Of a stretch of DNA of 64,000 nt, positions 13,540 to 27,323 are shown piece by piece. The notes beneath the pieces are model-generated. The model searched no databases, was not told the origin of the DNA, and saw only the letters and a list, made by a program, of their open reading frames with translations. Numbering within the stretch: position 1 is the first letter of the stretch; each line of letters opens with the position of its first letter. This DNA comes from Mytilus californianus (Eukaryota), in assembly GCF_021869535.1 (NCBI RefSeq), contig NW_026262734.1, positions 21,514,001-21,578,000 of the forward strand, read 5' to 3'. The translations under genes and the position numbers were made by a program.

Positions 13540-15330
13540 TTATCATTAGAGAAGGTCCTTTCTAAAACATTTTTGGCAACTAATGGACTAGCAGTCATCA
13601 ATATAGACAATATCCTTCAACATCAATCTACGAAATCTAAAATACCTCCATACGACAAAGATCAGTATGTGCCAGTCATCTCTTATAACTATACTGTACA
13701 TATTGCGATCAAAATTTTGAACTACATTTATGTGTTGCAGAATCTCAATATTGATGAATTCAAGTCTTAGCCATCTGATTGCACCTGTATGATATATCAT
13801 TCATATATAATTCGACTGACCACGTAAATATTGGTTACCCCTTAAACATCGTCAACAACATGTGTTATCAAAACAGCCGAAATACCGTGGGCAAATCTTA
13901 AAACTAGAAAATGGAAAAAACAATTAAAAAAAACTAATGGGTTCAGTCCATATTATGTCAGACAGCGGGCAAATAAATACATCATAGATACCAGGATTAA
14001 AATTTTGTACGACCGGCCGCGTTTCGTCTACAACAGACTCATCAGTGACACTCGAATCAAAAATCTGAAACGAGAAACAGATGTAGATATTCTTTCTCCA
14101 TAGGTAAAAGATGTGAGTTAGTTGATACAAATAAGGATGAAAACATAATTGGTATATGAACAGAACACTCAAGCAACATATATCATCAATACTAAAATGT
14201 TGTTAAATACTATTCCTACCTCGATGACAAATATGTTGTTGTCCCCGCACACAAAGCTCTAAATGATATCGTTTGAAAATCACGTTATAAGAATAAGGTG
14301 TTTACAATCAACTCGGAAACCTAACATTTTCCGGTACTCCAACACATACTAAAGAGGAAATTTTGAACAAGCATAGGTCTGTTTTATTTCTGTTTTGGTT
14401 TTCAACCAAAGATAAAGAATATTGAATCTTCCTTCACTCTACTGGATACAAAAATAACAAACAATTTATATTGATGTGTCTGTCAAATGCTACACGTGAC
14501 GGAACTTCTATTAAACTGTGGAGCTACCTTATCTATGGGCGATGTGCATCAGATGTGTTTACTAAAAAAATCAAAAGATATGTACTAACAATCTAAGTCC
14601 CCTCCTCGTGCAGTGGTGAAAAATGATGTTTATTCTACTCTCTACACAGGTATTTCTCAATTCTAATTAACAAATAGGATAAATCATACTTTGTAAAAAA
14701 AACTCTGTTTCAAATAAAAAGTTCACTAAAACTGACATTATCTAGATGAAAGATTGTGTTATTGACACCATTTGTGTACGTTCGAAGGACGTGTTTTATA
14801 CAGCCGACCGGCATTCCTATTGGAACCCTCCTACTTACCGACAAGTTCCTTATTTCGTATGAAGCAGACTTTATATAAAAGCATACGAAGAAAAATAAAA
14901 GAAGCCGGCATTAACTGTTAACGTTGCGTTATAGATGATGTCATTTCACTAGATAATGTAATAAAGATTGGTCACTATGTTAACAGCGTCTATTCCAATG
15001 AACTTAAAATAAAGGATATCACATACATAGTTAAGACTGCTTCATAGCTTGACCAACATCTAGAAATTTGGAAATAGCATTTTACTAGAAAAAAAATGTT
15101 TGTCTTTTGTGATCACTTCATGTTGACCTACAGTTATTTCGGTCATGATGTACGACCCCATTAACGATAAACGAAACTCATATTGATTGAAAATATACGT
15201 AAAGTTAATGAAAAAAAAAGAACTTTTACCAAAGCAAATGGCATAATTTCTCACGGGATACAATTCTTCTCAAGCTTGACTCACATAGAATGATTATCGG
15301 ATAATTATACCAAAATTATAAGTGTTTCAA
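13540..15330 (+). mobile_element. Decayed Penelope-like retroelement (reverse transcriptase relic)
   Basis: Ordered + strand peptide remnants: KSKIPPYDKDQYVPVISYNY (about 13640), DKYVVVPAHKA (14226), GIPIGT (14810), YEADF (14858), IDDVISLDN (14931, broken YIDD motif), ELKIKDIT and AS*LDQHLEI (about 15000-15068). This matches the PLE RT motif order. There are many stops and frameshifts, and an unrelated repeat is inserted at about 13985-14080. Confidence 0.75.
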
Positions 15331-17028
15331 ATTCTTTTTGGCATCAAATTCTTTTTGGCATTAGGTCAAATCTTTGTTAGGGTGTACTATCATTCTGAAA
15401 GCTCCTGTAGGCACCCTGTAGTTCACTGGTACAACATTTAATAATGCACAAATGTACGAAAATAATTATGCAAATATAGACCGTTCAATTACTTGACATT
15501 TAAAGATGTTCATGATCTGTAGCACAATGCCTGTTTGACCGAATGGAACACATACAACATATATGTCTGATCTCCAAAAGAAACTAAACGACTAGTGATC
15601 GAGAAGAGAATGACATGTAATAGTTGAATGTTAAAACGAAACTCTTTTAGTATGCTATTTTCTTCGGAAAATGCCTGTACCAAAACAGGAATATGGCAGT
15701 TGTTTTTCACCTGGTCCGTTGATTGATAGCGTTTAATTTTGTCAGTTTTTACGGCCTTCCCCCTTTTTGAATTTGCCTTGGAGTTCAGTATTTTTGTTAT
15801 ACTTTTATTTATATATAAATGAACATAAGGTTTTGTATCAGAAGGAAATCTATCCAGCTGTTCATTAAAAAAATCAGCATTGGAACATTATAAATAAGTA
15901 AAAAAGAAAGGAATAATTTGTCTTTCTGATCCTGTTAAGGTGATGTTTTGGTTCTCTGCTTAAGCTTATGACTATCGTCAAGTGTTGTTTATCTCCCGGT
16001 TTGTACTTACCTTGAACAACCTGATTAGTGCCAGTGGTGGAGCAGAAACCGTTTACCATTTTGAACATCCCTAAGCCTTTTAGAAAGTAGTACATTGGAT
16101 ATGGTCTAAACATATCACAATTTTCCAAAGACAAACAAGACAGGTTGGAAACGAACTTCTTAATTATCGGTCAATATGATCTCCAAACCGAAACCGGAAA
16201 TGATACTAGGTGCTACAGATTGGTAAAGATATCTTGCTTTGTGTGCAGCACTTCATCGTATTTCCTAGTGGTCAACATCGACAAAAATATGACATCTTCC
16301 ACAAAGAACAATGCACAAACCACAACACAGAATCATTAAAGATTGAGAAAATGTCGCATGAACTGCTTAGTCGAGGTTATGTGCAGTCAAATTCAAAAAG
16401 GGGGAAGTCCATAAAAAACTGACAAGATTAAAAGCTATTAATCAACGGAACAGGTGAAAAACAACTGCTATATTCCTGTTTTGGTACAGGCGTTACATTG
16501 CACAATAAAAAAAAATGAAAATTCCAAGGGGCCAATAAAAAATCTAGAAAAAGACAAAGTTCAAAAATACCAAGGAGAGCAGTCAGAAACCAAAACCTTC
16601 ACAAAAACATCATAATAAAAATATACAAAATAACAAAACAAGACAAAACTTAGCAACCGCCAACCACACAAAAATATACACTGAGTAACTCAAATCTCAC
16701 CTCAGGGCGGATATATGTATGAAGTACCTATGACTTGTACTATTTACAACAGCATGCTTGTATTTGCAACTATTATGCATAAAGAGTACTTTAGATTGAG
16801 ATCTGTGTCTTCTCAGATTGGAACTTAGACAATTCATGTTAACAGTTACAGGCTCGTGCTGTCGTGTAAGTTTAATGGGTTTTTTTATTGTTAGACACTA
16901 ATCACTTTAATGTATTAAATTAATATGGTATGTCTAATTGGTAAACAACAAAACAATGCACTCTTGAAAGGGTAACGCGTGTCGAAAATTGTAAGTATAA
17001 CAAACAGTCGTTTAAAAAACACCACGAT

Positions 17029-20000
17029 TTAAATGTTATCAGTTCCAAGTGATTCCCGAGAAAAATCGACTGACATTGCGTCTTTGCAGATAAGTGGTAA
17101 TTTTGCTGGCTGTGTTTTCTTGGCGATGAGTGTCATTAGCTTCTCAAATTCTACATTGTCGTCAGTTTCTAGTATTGTTGCTAGATCTTGTTCAGACATT
17201 TCAGAATACCTTCGGTAAAACGTCTTAGATCTAGGAGTGTTCTCACTTTTAGTCAATTCTAATTCAGGGAACTTGACACGTGGTGTTTCTGGTCCCTGAT
17301 AATCTTTTTTATCGACAAATGATATGTCTGTCTCGTCAGGGTCTGGTTCCAAGTCAACATCTGCTAATGACCCACGACGGCGATTTCTATTCGGAAGTGC
17401 TGGGTTACTTGCCAGATAGTTATCAAACTTCTTGTATGCCAATTGCATTTCATAAGTAGAATCCGGGGATGATACAGGTGAGGTTACAATGGCCCCTTTC
17501 AAGGTTTCACTAACTGTGTTATCATCCTTTGTCTTCTGATATTGTCTAAGCATCATGGTTTCTTTGATTAAATCCGTAATTTGGTCGTCTTTCCATTCCA
17601 ACTTTTTCTTCAGATGCTCCACTTCAACTCGGACAGTCGCTACCATGTTTCGTAGATGTTTCATGTCAGTACCAGCATTTGACTTGTTTTTATACTGCGG
17701 TTTGTTCGATTTACGTAGAATTTCGATCAGCTTCTCTATTTCCCTGTTAACAATGGATTTTGCTTTTTCCTCTCTTTCTAAGTAACGTTTGACTATATCA
17801 GACAGAGGCTCAGACTTGTTTGTTGATTTCTTAAGAAGAGCAAGAACTGATTCACGTTCCGTCGTCTTACTTTCTACTGTATCCTGCTGTTGCTTTACAA
17901 TATGAAGTATTGTTTTAACATTTTGCTCTAATCGTGAAAGTTTTTCGTTATCCTGGTTATCGTTTAAATTTTCGTTTACTGATAAAAATTCAGCAATTTG
18001 CCGATTTAAAATTTTAACCTTTTCGTTAAAAGAGACGAATTTCTCCCTAAGTCTGATTATTGAACTATTGTTTGCTGCATTAAATCTAGCTTGAACTGCA
18101 AGCTCCGTCTTAAACCTCTTTCTTGTTTCATCTCTTTCTTTTTCAAAAACTTGAATTTCCAGTTCTCTCTTCCTTAATTTTTCGTCCATGTCCGATAATT
18201 CCTCCTTCAGACAACTCACCTGAAAAATGCATTTGTCAACAGTTAGCAACGTATTAATCTTGTCTTTAGGGAACGACCATTTAAAAACTCTTGGGCACAG
18301 CTAGGGGTTGTGGCATATTAACCTAGAACGCTGCTCTAAACCCAATGAAAACACTTGGAAAATTGTTGGGGTTTTTTTTGTGTGTTTTCATTGGGTATCT
18401 ATACTGCTAAAGGAAAAGACCGATTTCATTGTGCCGCAACTACTCTGAAACCATACAAAGTCGGAAATAATTGTGATATGACGTATAAATGTAGTGTTTT
18501 GTACTCCCTAAATTTGTCTTTGAAACAATCTTTTTTCCACAGAAAACGCCCATTTTTGAGAAAATATCTAAATTCGGAGATCGTTATCGATCCGTGTCTT
18601 ATAAACTTTCGCGCATGCTCAGTCGACGTACTGCCCGACAACTCGGCCCACGGCCAACTCAAACCACTTAAAAAAAGGAATATAACAAACTCGAAGAAAT
18701 GTGTTTAATCATTTGATTGTTTTCTTCTTCTCTTAGTAAATTACTCCTTTTTCAGAGCACCCGTGTCACACAGAGACAGAACTTGACTCGCCCCTTTCGA
18801 AAAACAAGAAATACTACAAACTAGCACTACTGAGAAATGTTTTAATCATCAGTGTTCTAGGTTGTCTTCTTCTTCTCTGAGTTATTTCCTCCGTTCTAGG
18901 AACACCTGTGTAACACCGAAATAGAAGCTACTAATTGGACATTCAAACTCCTATGGAAGAAGAACTGACAAATTAATAAAAACTATCAACATAATGCATC
19001 AGTGCATAAAAACAGTTTGAGAAACACGAACCCAAGCTGTGTATCACCATAAACATTTCAAGTAGTCTTCAAGCCGCGCTCGCGCGAGTTTTTTCTAGTA
19101 GATATGAAAATAAGGAGATGTGGTATGATTGCCAACGAGACAACTATCCACCAAAGTTCAAATAAAGTGGATGTATATAGCATATCATGTTCTAAATTAA
19201 GCTTCCCGAGCCACTCTGTCTGAGGGGAGGATTAGGTTATGTTTATTTTCAAAAAGAAATATTTTGAACCAAAACTTTAAGAAAACAGTATTTTGATTAA
19301 AGGGTGGAAAAAAATTCCAATTGAGATTTTTTGCCATTTAGTTTAATATTAAGTTCTTATAAAAAAAATCGCGTGACAAAAATTTGAATAATGTGATGCT
19401 TGCGTGGTACGAAATATTGTTTTTAGAATGAATAAAGCCCGCCCCCCCCCCAACCTCCCCCTCGTAAAGTTGAATGGTCGTTCCCTAAATACCCAAACTG
19501 TATTTTTCCCATGCGTATTATGTTTGGTTTAACTAAAACTCTCAGAATTTACGTATACTCTGAATAAGAGGAGGATTTATATATGTTTTTCTTGTTTCCG
19601 AATTCCTGTATTGCTATTGTATAATTGTAATTTGTGTAGTTTTGAAAAGTAAAATATTGTTTAAACTAAGAGGAGGAAGAAGAAGATACTCAAAATTATC
19701 GAAACAGAAAAATTATAGGACCCGGAAAATCACGCACAATGACAATCTGGATTTGAAAAAAAAACGTTCCAGACTTTATTTCAGCAGACGAACATGAAGC
19801 AATCAATATAGTGCAACGTTTACAAGTTTCAAAATGGCTTTTCAAATCTAAACTTTGAATGATGATATCAGAAATACTGCAAACACGTTTAATATACTCA
19901 CCTTACCATGTTTCAAAACAGTCAAAAAAATTAAATTAAGGTTCCCTATTAAATTCAAACATCAAAATGTTACTAAAGAACTATGATACCTTTAACATGT

Positions 20001-23000
20001 TTAACGTGTAACATTTTTAAAAATGACAAAAACTTTGGAATTCAATTGGAAAAAAAATCAAATAAAATTATCTGGAAATAGTAGTCTCAAGGTATATAGT
20101 ACTTCATTTTACAAAATAAAAAGAAAGAAAGAAACACTATGACAGTTATACCTGTTTTCTTTTATTTTCAAGTTTAACTCTCATGTCCCTTTCCTGCAGG
20201 AAACATGTCTTCTTATTCTCTAGTCCCTCCAATCTCTCTAACGATAACCTGTTCCAAAATTTTGCAAGGGCCTTTTCTTTTACCTGTATTTAAATAAAAA
20301 TCAAATGAGAACAGTCTTCATTTAATTCATTTCGGGATTGCCGTGTCCTTAATTTGTACAAAATTTTAAATTAATGTAAAAAACAAAGGAGTTGTCCTCT
20401 ATTTCTTTTTCCAAGGAAACTTGTTCCACGATAAGTTACAGTTTTACTTGATTTTAGAGTCATAACACATCAATTGTAAAATACTGTGAAATTGTTCCGC
20501 AAAATTGGTCAATAGTTACGGTACATGTTAGAACCGTTTCGTATATGCTTCATTACAGACACAATAGCCATTCATCATAACTCAATAAATGTAGCGAAGA
20601 AGTCACAAGAACAATATGCAAGATAAAGAATTGGTCAAAGGTATATCTTATGGTTGCATCTTTAGCCATTTGTTTTTATTTTGCATTTTATTCGCCAGTG
20701 TTAAGTCCACTTTGTGTGGTAAATGTGGCTACTAGGTGTTCTTACCTTAGTTTCAAGGTATTTTATAAATTTACTTTTCAGATCATCACAGACTTGATTG
20801 AAGATGGATGGAAACTTGTTAAAAAGATCATTAGCCTTGATAATACTGACGTCGTTATCTGCAAAAAAAAATAATGAATGAAAAACAGAATTTGGTTTTA
20901 TTATGTATTGGTGCTCGTTGGTACTTGCCTGGGTCAGACTTGCATGTTTGTCTTGGTTGTTTTATTTTGTTCTGTTCCAATTCCGAAATTTCAGTATCAA
21001 GAACATTTAAAATTTAAGTGTCCCCCTCCAAACTGTGCGAAAACGCCCAAAGATTATGAAGCACATAACTTTATAGTACACTGTTATCATAAACTGCCAC
21101 TGAACTAATATAAAGTCTTCACATGACGAAAACATAATCTTTCTTTCAGTTTAATTGAGGTCAGGAGCTGGAACGTCAGTAACTGCTAGTAGTCCTTTGT
21201 TAATCTATGTTGATCATTGTCATTTTGCTTACTTTCTACTGTTTTCTATTTTAATATCAGATTCAGACTTCTTTTAAACTTAGTTTTACTGCGCGTATTG
21301 GCACATTGGCTAGAGGTCAAGGAGGAGGGTTGAGATCTCACAAAACATGTTTAAGCCCGCCTTTGCGCCTGTTCCAAGTCAGGAACCTCTAGTCTTTCTT
21401 AGTCTTGTGTGTTTTTTAAATTTCGGTTCATTTGTATGTTTCGGAGAAGTGTGGCGTCCATTTATCTGAACTAGTATACATTATTGTTTATATAGGGGCC
21501 AACTGAAACCCGCCTCCAGGTGCGGGATTTTCTCGCTGCGCTGAAGATCCATTGGTGGCCTTGGGTTGTTTTCTGCTCTTTGGTCGGGTTGTTGTATCTT
21601 TGACACATTCTCCGTTTCCATTCTCTATTCTATTCTTATAGAATAAAAGCCAAACCCATGTGTTATGTCTTGCTGTTCTTCTTTTACGATCTTTTACGAC
21701 AATGTGATTTTTGTGACTTTTTCTTGTATCTTTCTTTTTTTTATGTAAGTGTATCGCTAGTGTATTTTAAAAATGAAAATAGTTATTGATGGTTACATAT
21801 CATGGCTTTCCAATAGAAATTTCAATCCTTGACAATCAATGCTATTTTGCTGACATTAATAAATCCTTCAACTCCTTTCATTCATAAATATCATCTCTCA
21901 TTTATCAAGTCGTATTTGTTTTAGGGGGAATTTCAAAATCAGAATAAGCACTTGCGCTGCTTACGGTGTTATTTCTATACCGGTATTCTTATATAAAAAA
22001 CCTACATAATAAAGATAATATACCTTCTTCATACAGTTGGTCTGCTAGAAAATTATGGCCTGTGATATGCAGTACATGTCGTAGCTTCCGGAAAGCATCA
22101 GATCCTCTTAATTTCAGTGTGTATAATAAATGTTTTATTTTTTCTTCTTTCGTCTTACATGCCTGCAATGTATTGGAGTAAAAAAGCTAAATTTACAAGT
22201 AAGCATTTCTAGGGATTATGTGTCATGATCCAGTGTTTGCCTTTTGAAAAAACTTTCACCAAACATTGACCACTCACACTAGTAAAGGTTTGTGCAAACT
22301 TGAAAAAATTATTAAACCCCACCACATTTTGTCCTTGCACTATCAGGTCAGGCTATATTGTTCGTTGTTGTTTGTCTTTGGTGGTTGGTGTTTTTGTTGT
22401 AGTGTTCAATAGTTCGGGTAATTTTGATAAAGATGCTTAAATTTGTTAAATTTATATATCTTTTTAATTAGAAATAATGAATTTCATAAACAGAATAGTT
22501 TACCTCATTGAATCTAAATCAATATATGAAACTTTCTTTTCCTCTTTGGTATAAATAAAAAGTTCTCTAAATAATGTAGTCTATCTATATTTAGTTGGTA
22601 GTTTCTGACAAGAGGTTGGAAATATAATTGTGATAAGTGTGTAACTATAAATGACAATTTACGACATAACTGAAACAACTGTTGCTTTAATTGTATTCTC
22701 AGGTAATATTTGAACAATATAAAAAAAAAAATAGGATACATATAGTGGCCTTTATTTATTTTAAAAACCAAACATGTACGCCACGAGCACTTCTCTTTTA
22801 AGTCTCACCACTTCTCCTTGTCCGTTTCAAAAAGAGAAGACACTTCTCCTTATTATTCTAAAGTAGTGTGAGCCCTGGTCGCTATTATCAACACATGAAT
22901 GCTAAAAATACGATTATGTGAATGGAATGGAAACCATACACCTATGTAAATAGCACCCACTCAGTCAGAGCCGAATCTATCTACCCCCCACCCCAAACCC

Positions 23001-24076
23001 ATCCACAAAAAAAAAGAAAAAAAAGCCTGCCTACCTACCCTTATTTTTAAACTGGTGAAATAGGAAACACACATAATTGTTTTGGCCTTATTACTGTCAT
23101 CCTTTTAATGTATTATAAAAAGAGGCACGGTGTTTGGTTTTAGTAAAAGGAGGACAACTCTTGTGTTTTCGGTGTACATAGTCATCCGTCACACATATGA
23201 AGTTAGGTTACGTTACTTCTAAGTTATTCTGAATCCATGTCTATATTACAAGTAACTGTTTGTAGATGGATGGTGTGGTAGCAGATAAATGCATATATAT
23301 AATACACTGGAAAAAAAAGACTGTTCTTTTGTAACAAAAATTAAAAACCTTTAAAGATAAGTTGAGAATAATCATAAGCACGCAGCATTAACGTTGGTAT
23401 AGGGGTAATAGCAAAGACTGATAATAAACCGCTTGAGTCAAACTATAGATTATATAATACTAAGGGGAAAAAAGACTGTTCATTTGTAACAAAAATTAAA
23501 AACATTTAAAGATAAGTTGAGTATAATCATAAGCACGAAGTATTAACGTTGGTATAGGGATAAGAGCAAAGACTGATAATATCATAACTATTCCATGTGA
23601 GAAAATGTTTTTTTAATAAATAAAACCAGGTTTTCCTTATGCAAAAAGCTTCAAGTTAAAGTACAGTTAGTAAACATGAGATGATTATATCTATAGTCTA
23701 ATCTGTTAAGATACACGTAGAACTTTATCTTCATCTAGAAAAACGAAATCTGTAATAAATAAAGTAAATGACGAATAATAGAAACAGTACATTTCAGTTT
23801 GTTGCATGAATGAAGCAATGATTTCTCATGAAAAATGGGAACATGTGTTAAAATATCAATTATGGGAAATTATAAAAAAAAAAATCAACTGTTAGAATAA
23901 AGTAGATACAAGATCTCAGTTAAAAAAAAATAATGACATACCTGCACATCAGTGATCATTGATTCTGGTAGAACTTGATTCCATCTTAGTTGATTATAAA
24001 ATTCCTCCGTTAATATTATATTATTTATTAATAAATCATGATTTCTGTCAATAGCTGCTTTTTCTTGTTCTTCCAT
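17029..24076 (-). CDS. CARD (death-fold) + coiled-coil protein, 5 coding exons, about 569 aa
   Basis: Exons 24076-23942, 22162-22024, 20858-20746, 20283-20152 and 18219-17029. All are GT-AG with matching phases (0,1,0,0), total 1710 nt. Exons 1+2 encode MEEQEKAAIDRNHDLLINNIILTEEFYNQLRWNQVLPESMITDVQ-ACKTKEEKIKHLLYTLKLRGSDAFRKLRHVLHITGHNFLADQL, which is a CARD pattern. Exons 4-5 are E/K/L/R-rich heptads followed by an S/T/P/D-rich tail. An acceptor-like cacag|gtg at 24118 may mark an upstream UTR or coding exon. Confidence 0.85.
18269..19485. mobile_element. Putative TIR-bounded non-autonomous DNA transposon in intron 4 of the CARD gene
   Basis: agggaacgaccatt at 18268 and its reverse complement aatggtcgttccct at about 19473-19486. 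The flanks (tta / taa) are not an identical TSD, so the two ends may come from separate insertions. Confidence 0.45.
23309..23582. repeat. Local direct duplication (about 115 bp x2, period about 155 bp)
   Basis: gactgttc.tttgtaacaaaaattaaaa...agcaaagactgataata occurs at 23319 and at 23474. Confidence 0.9.
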
Positions 24077-24876
24077 TTCGCGATTGTCACATAAGCTAAT
24101 TACGGCAAAAACGGGCACCTGTGAGTGACGTAGTTTAATTTAATTATGAGGGTCGTGACATCTCAGTCAACAAACAAGTGCTATAAACTCTGCGCAATTT
24201 ACAATATCATTCTAATGTAAACTGTTAAAGTATTTTAAAAGTATACAGTTTATTCTATTTATATTAATTTATTGCATGTTATATTTATTCATGTTGATAA
24301 AAATCAAAGATAGTTGATTTAAAATCTGTTTATGCATCAATAAAAGTCTAGCTTCTCAAAAGTTTTGTACTTTTGTTTGACAGGACATAGTTTTGTTGCA
24401 ATCAAACAGCATTACTATTCAAGTCATCACATATGTAATAGGATGTGTATTTATATAAGTCCTTACTTAACGTTTTTTATTTTAACTGCGCGATATCAGC
24501 AGACAAATAGCACATTTTTATAATGATTATGTTTCATGTAACCTGCCAATCCTGTTTTCAACGGCAAGAGCACTGAAAAATTTACACATCTTATGCAGAT
24601 AATTTATTTTTTTTTTAATATCAGTTCATTTTTATACGAAACTAATTTTGAAGCATTCAAATTTCATTGGAAGAATAAGCAATAAATATTGTTTTACGGA
24701 ATTTATGTAAGACTGATTTAGGTTATGAGTGACCATGAAACACATACCAATGAATTCCTTCAAAACCACCTTTATTTATATAATGTTTTATGATATTAGA
24801 AAGATCAAATTCAAATGTATCAATGTTGTTTATCCTTTTCGTTTTTACAGAAAACTGCAAGTCTATTTAAACTTTA

Positions 24877-25072
24877 ATTAATTACTCAGGGTATGTCGCA
24901 TGGTATTAATTACTCAGGGTATGTCGCATGGTATTAATTACTCAGGGTATGTCGCATGGTATTAATTACTCAGGGTATATCGCATGGTATTAATTACTCA
25001 AGGTATATCGCATGGTATTAATTACTCAGGGTATGTCGCATGGTATTAATTACTCAGGGTATGTCGCATGGT
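24877..25072. repeat. 28-bp minisatellite x7
   Basis: attaattactcagggtatgtcgcatggt x7 with few substitutions. Confidence 0.95.
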
Positions 25073-26290
25073 ATTTCCATTTAAAGTAATGGTAGAAACC
25101 ATGTTTGGAGGCAGTTAGCGTCATTACAATTGCTGTTTTAAAGCCAAAGCGGAGATTATGGTTTGGTGGCGGGTCAGTTCTAAAGAAAATGTTTTAAAGT
25201 TTCGCCGGTCGACGACAGACCGATGACAGATGACGGACGTCGATGGAAATTTTGAGACTGATACCTGTCGAGCTTTAATCCATATTGATATACACTGGCC
25301 ATATGTCAATGTCCTCAATTTGTGTTTGCACTTATACCGGTCGCTGAATACCCTACTTATATCGGTCGCTGAATACCCAACTTGCATGATAGTTATTTTG
25401 ATTCCATACAATTAACTCTCTAATATTCGTTATAATTAATATGACTTATATATTATATAAATCAACTATTCGGTGTGTTCCTCCCTCTTAAATTGTTCTT
25501 AATTGTTCAGCAAATACACAATATTAAAGTCACAAAGAAAGCTTCTGGACAAAACTTAGGCAAAAAAATAAAAAAGACACTAATAAAAATATATATTTCT
25601 GAATCATAAATTAAAGGACAAATAAGACGCTGTTTAAGTTTCAAAGAATTTAGCTGCTATATAATCTTTAGACAAAATTAAAAAAAAAAACACTTAGAAA
25701 ATATATATATATATATTGTTTTATTTATAAATTAAAGGACAAAGAATGAGGTCTATCTTCAAAACTCAACGATTGAAAATCCATATCTTAAATGTATTTT
25801 TTATTAATCGTGCTTTAATGAACACTGCCAATTTTTGCTAGAACTTTTTGACAATTATTTAAAAAAAAATGACTATTTAGAACTAGATACAGTTAACATG
25901 TATTTTACCATCGGGTCGCGGTCGCTGACGGTGATCTCGCTGGCAACTGTTACACTAAATGTCTAATAATTTGTCTGTAATCTCATTTTATTACATTGTC
26001 ATGCACCTAATTTGTTGATGTCACCATTGGTCACGGCAAGGATTTGTATAGTGACACTATACAAATCCTTGTCCACGGAGATCAAATTACTTTGCTCCAA
26101 AAATTTCTCAATATTGTCAACTTTTTTTTAATTTGGAACGCTTATTTAATTGTCCAGTCAAAGTTTTATATTCAGTTTTACATTGATCATACATATCACC
26201 AGACTTCTGATTTCATTCATGAATAGCTTGCACACTAGTTTCCAGTGTGTTAATTACTTTACCTTCTAGATCTTTGAAAATTTTCGTTAG

Positions 26291-26766
26291 CAGGGGGGGC
26301 GGATCCATGATTTTTGAAAAGGGGGCGTAGAATTGAATCATTTGCCAAGTTTTTATCATGTTATTGTAATAGAGTATTATCTTCTGTTAGGTGGAATTGT
26401 CAAATAGGAGTCAATACGTCCTTGCTCCATTCTTTGTCGCTTCGAAAGCGTCATGCCTGTCATCCTCAGCCTTAGCAATGTGTTACCGTAATTTGAATTT
26501 CAAAATGACTGAGTGACGTTTTTGCGACGTACTGGTCAACTCCACGGTAGCGAATTACGTGACTTTGACATAATCAATAATATTATATACGTAAATACGA
26601 GCGAATAATATCTTTACGTAACGAATTGTCGCATAAAAATTAAATAAACGGGAAACGGCAAAGTTAACGAAATCTAATCTGATCAATCATTTTACAGTCT
26701 TAATAAAAAAAAAAGTAAAAAAGGGGGGGGGGGGGGGGGATAAGACCCTCTCTGGATCCGCCACTG
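26291..26766. mobile_element. Putative MITE with short TIRs
   Basis: Left end cagggggggcggatcc, right end ggatccgccactg, with G-runs just inside both ends. No clear TSD. Confidence 0.5.
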
Positions 26767-27323
26767 GTAAGTGTATGCAGATTTTTTTTTCATTACCTTC
26801 CAAGCCAGATTCTAGCTTTTTTACACTTTTCTCGACAAATTTTGCAACACTTTTAAAGATAAGTGTTATCAAGGATTTGTATAGTTAAATCGAATACAGG
26901 ACATCTCGGCACACTACAAACTCGGGACATGTTAAACTCGGCATAGTACAAACTCGGTCTATACAAACTCGGCACATTACCAATACATACTCGGCACATT
27001 AATGAATATATTTATGGAAATGATTCATAAAAAGCAATTTTATATAATAATTACGATGAGAAAAAAATAACAGGCATAATTTTTGAATTTTAATTTAGAC
27101 CAAAGGTTAATCATTTATACACCGTGGCTGCGTATTTCTATAAACCCCCCCTGTGATTTAAACTAATATAAATCAAGAAATATGTACATCATACAGAAAT
27201 TTAAATCTAATGTTTATTTATTTAATATTGGCGTTGCTAAGATTCACGTAAGAAAGATTGTTGAATAATATATAGACGTTTGGTTTATAAGTATTGCTCT
27301 TAGAGAACATAATATATGTATAC

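Noticed and set aside
18355-18708. Overlapping 117-aa (+) and 78-aa (-) ORFs
   Set aside because: They have no recognisable domain or supported splice sites, and they lie in repeat-derived intronic sequence.
22503-22771. Possible extra CARD-gene exon (donor-like ag|gtaaac at about 22504) and 85-aa ORF
   Set aside because: It ends in phase 2, which is incompatible with the phase-0 join of exons 1 and 2, and those exons already give a continuous CARD.
26723-26739. G-run as a possible G-quadruplex or regulatory element
   Set aside because: It is a subterminal homopolymer of a MITE-like element, with no independent evidence of function.
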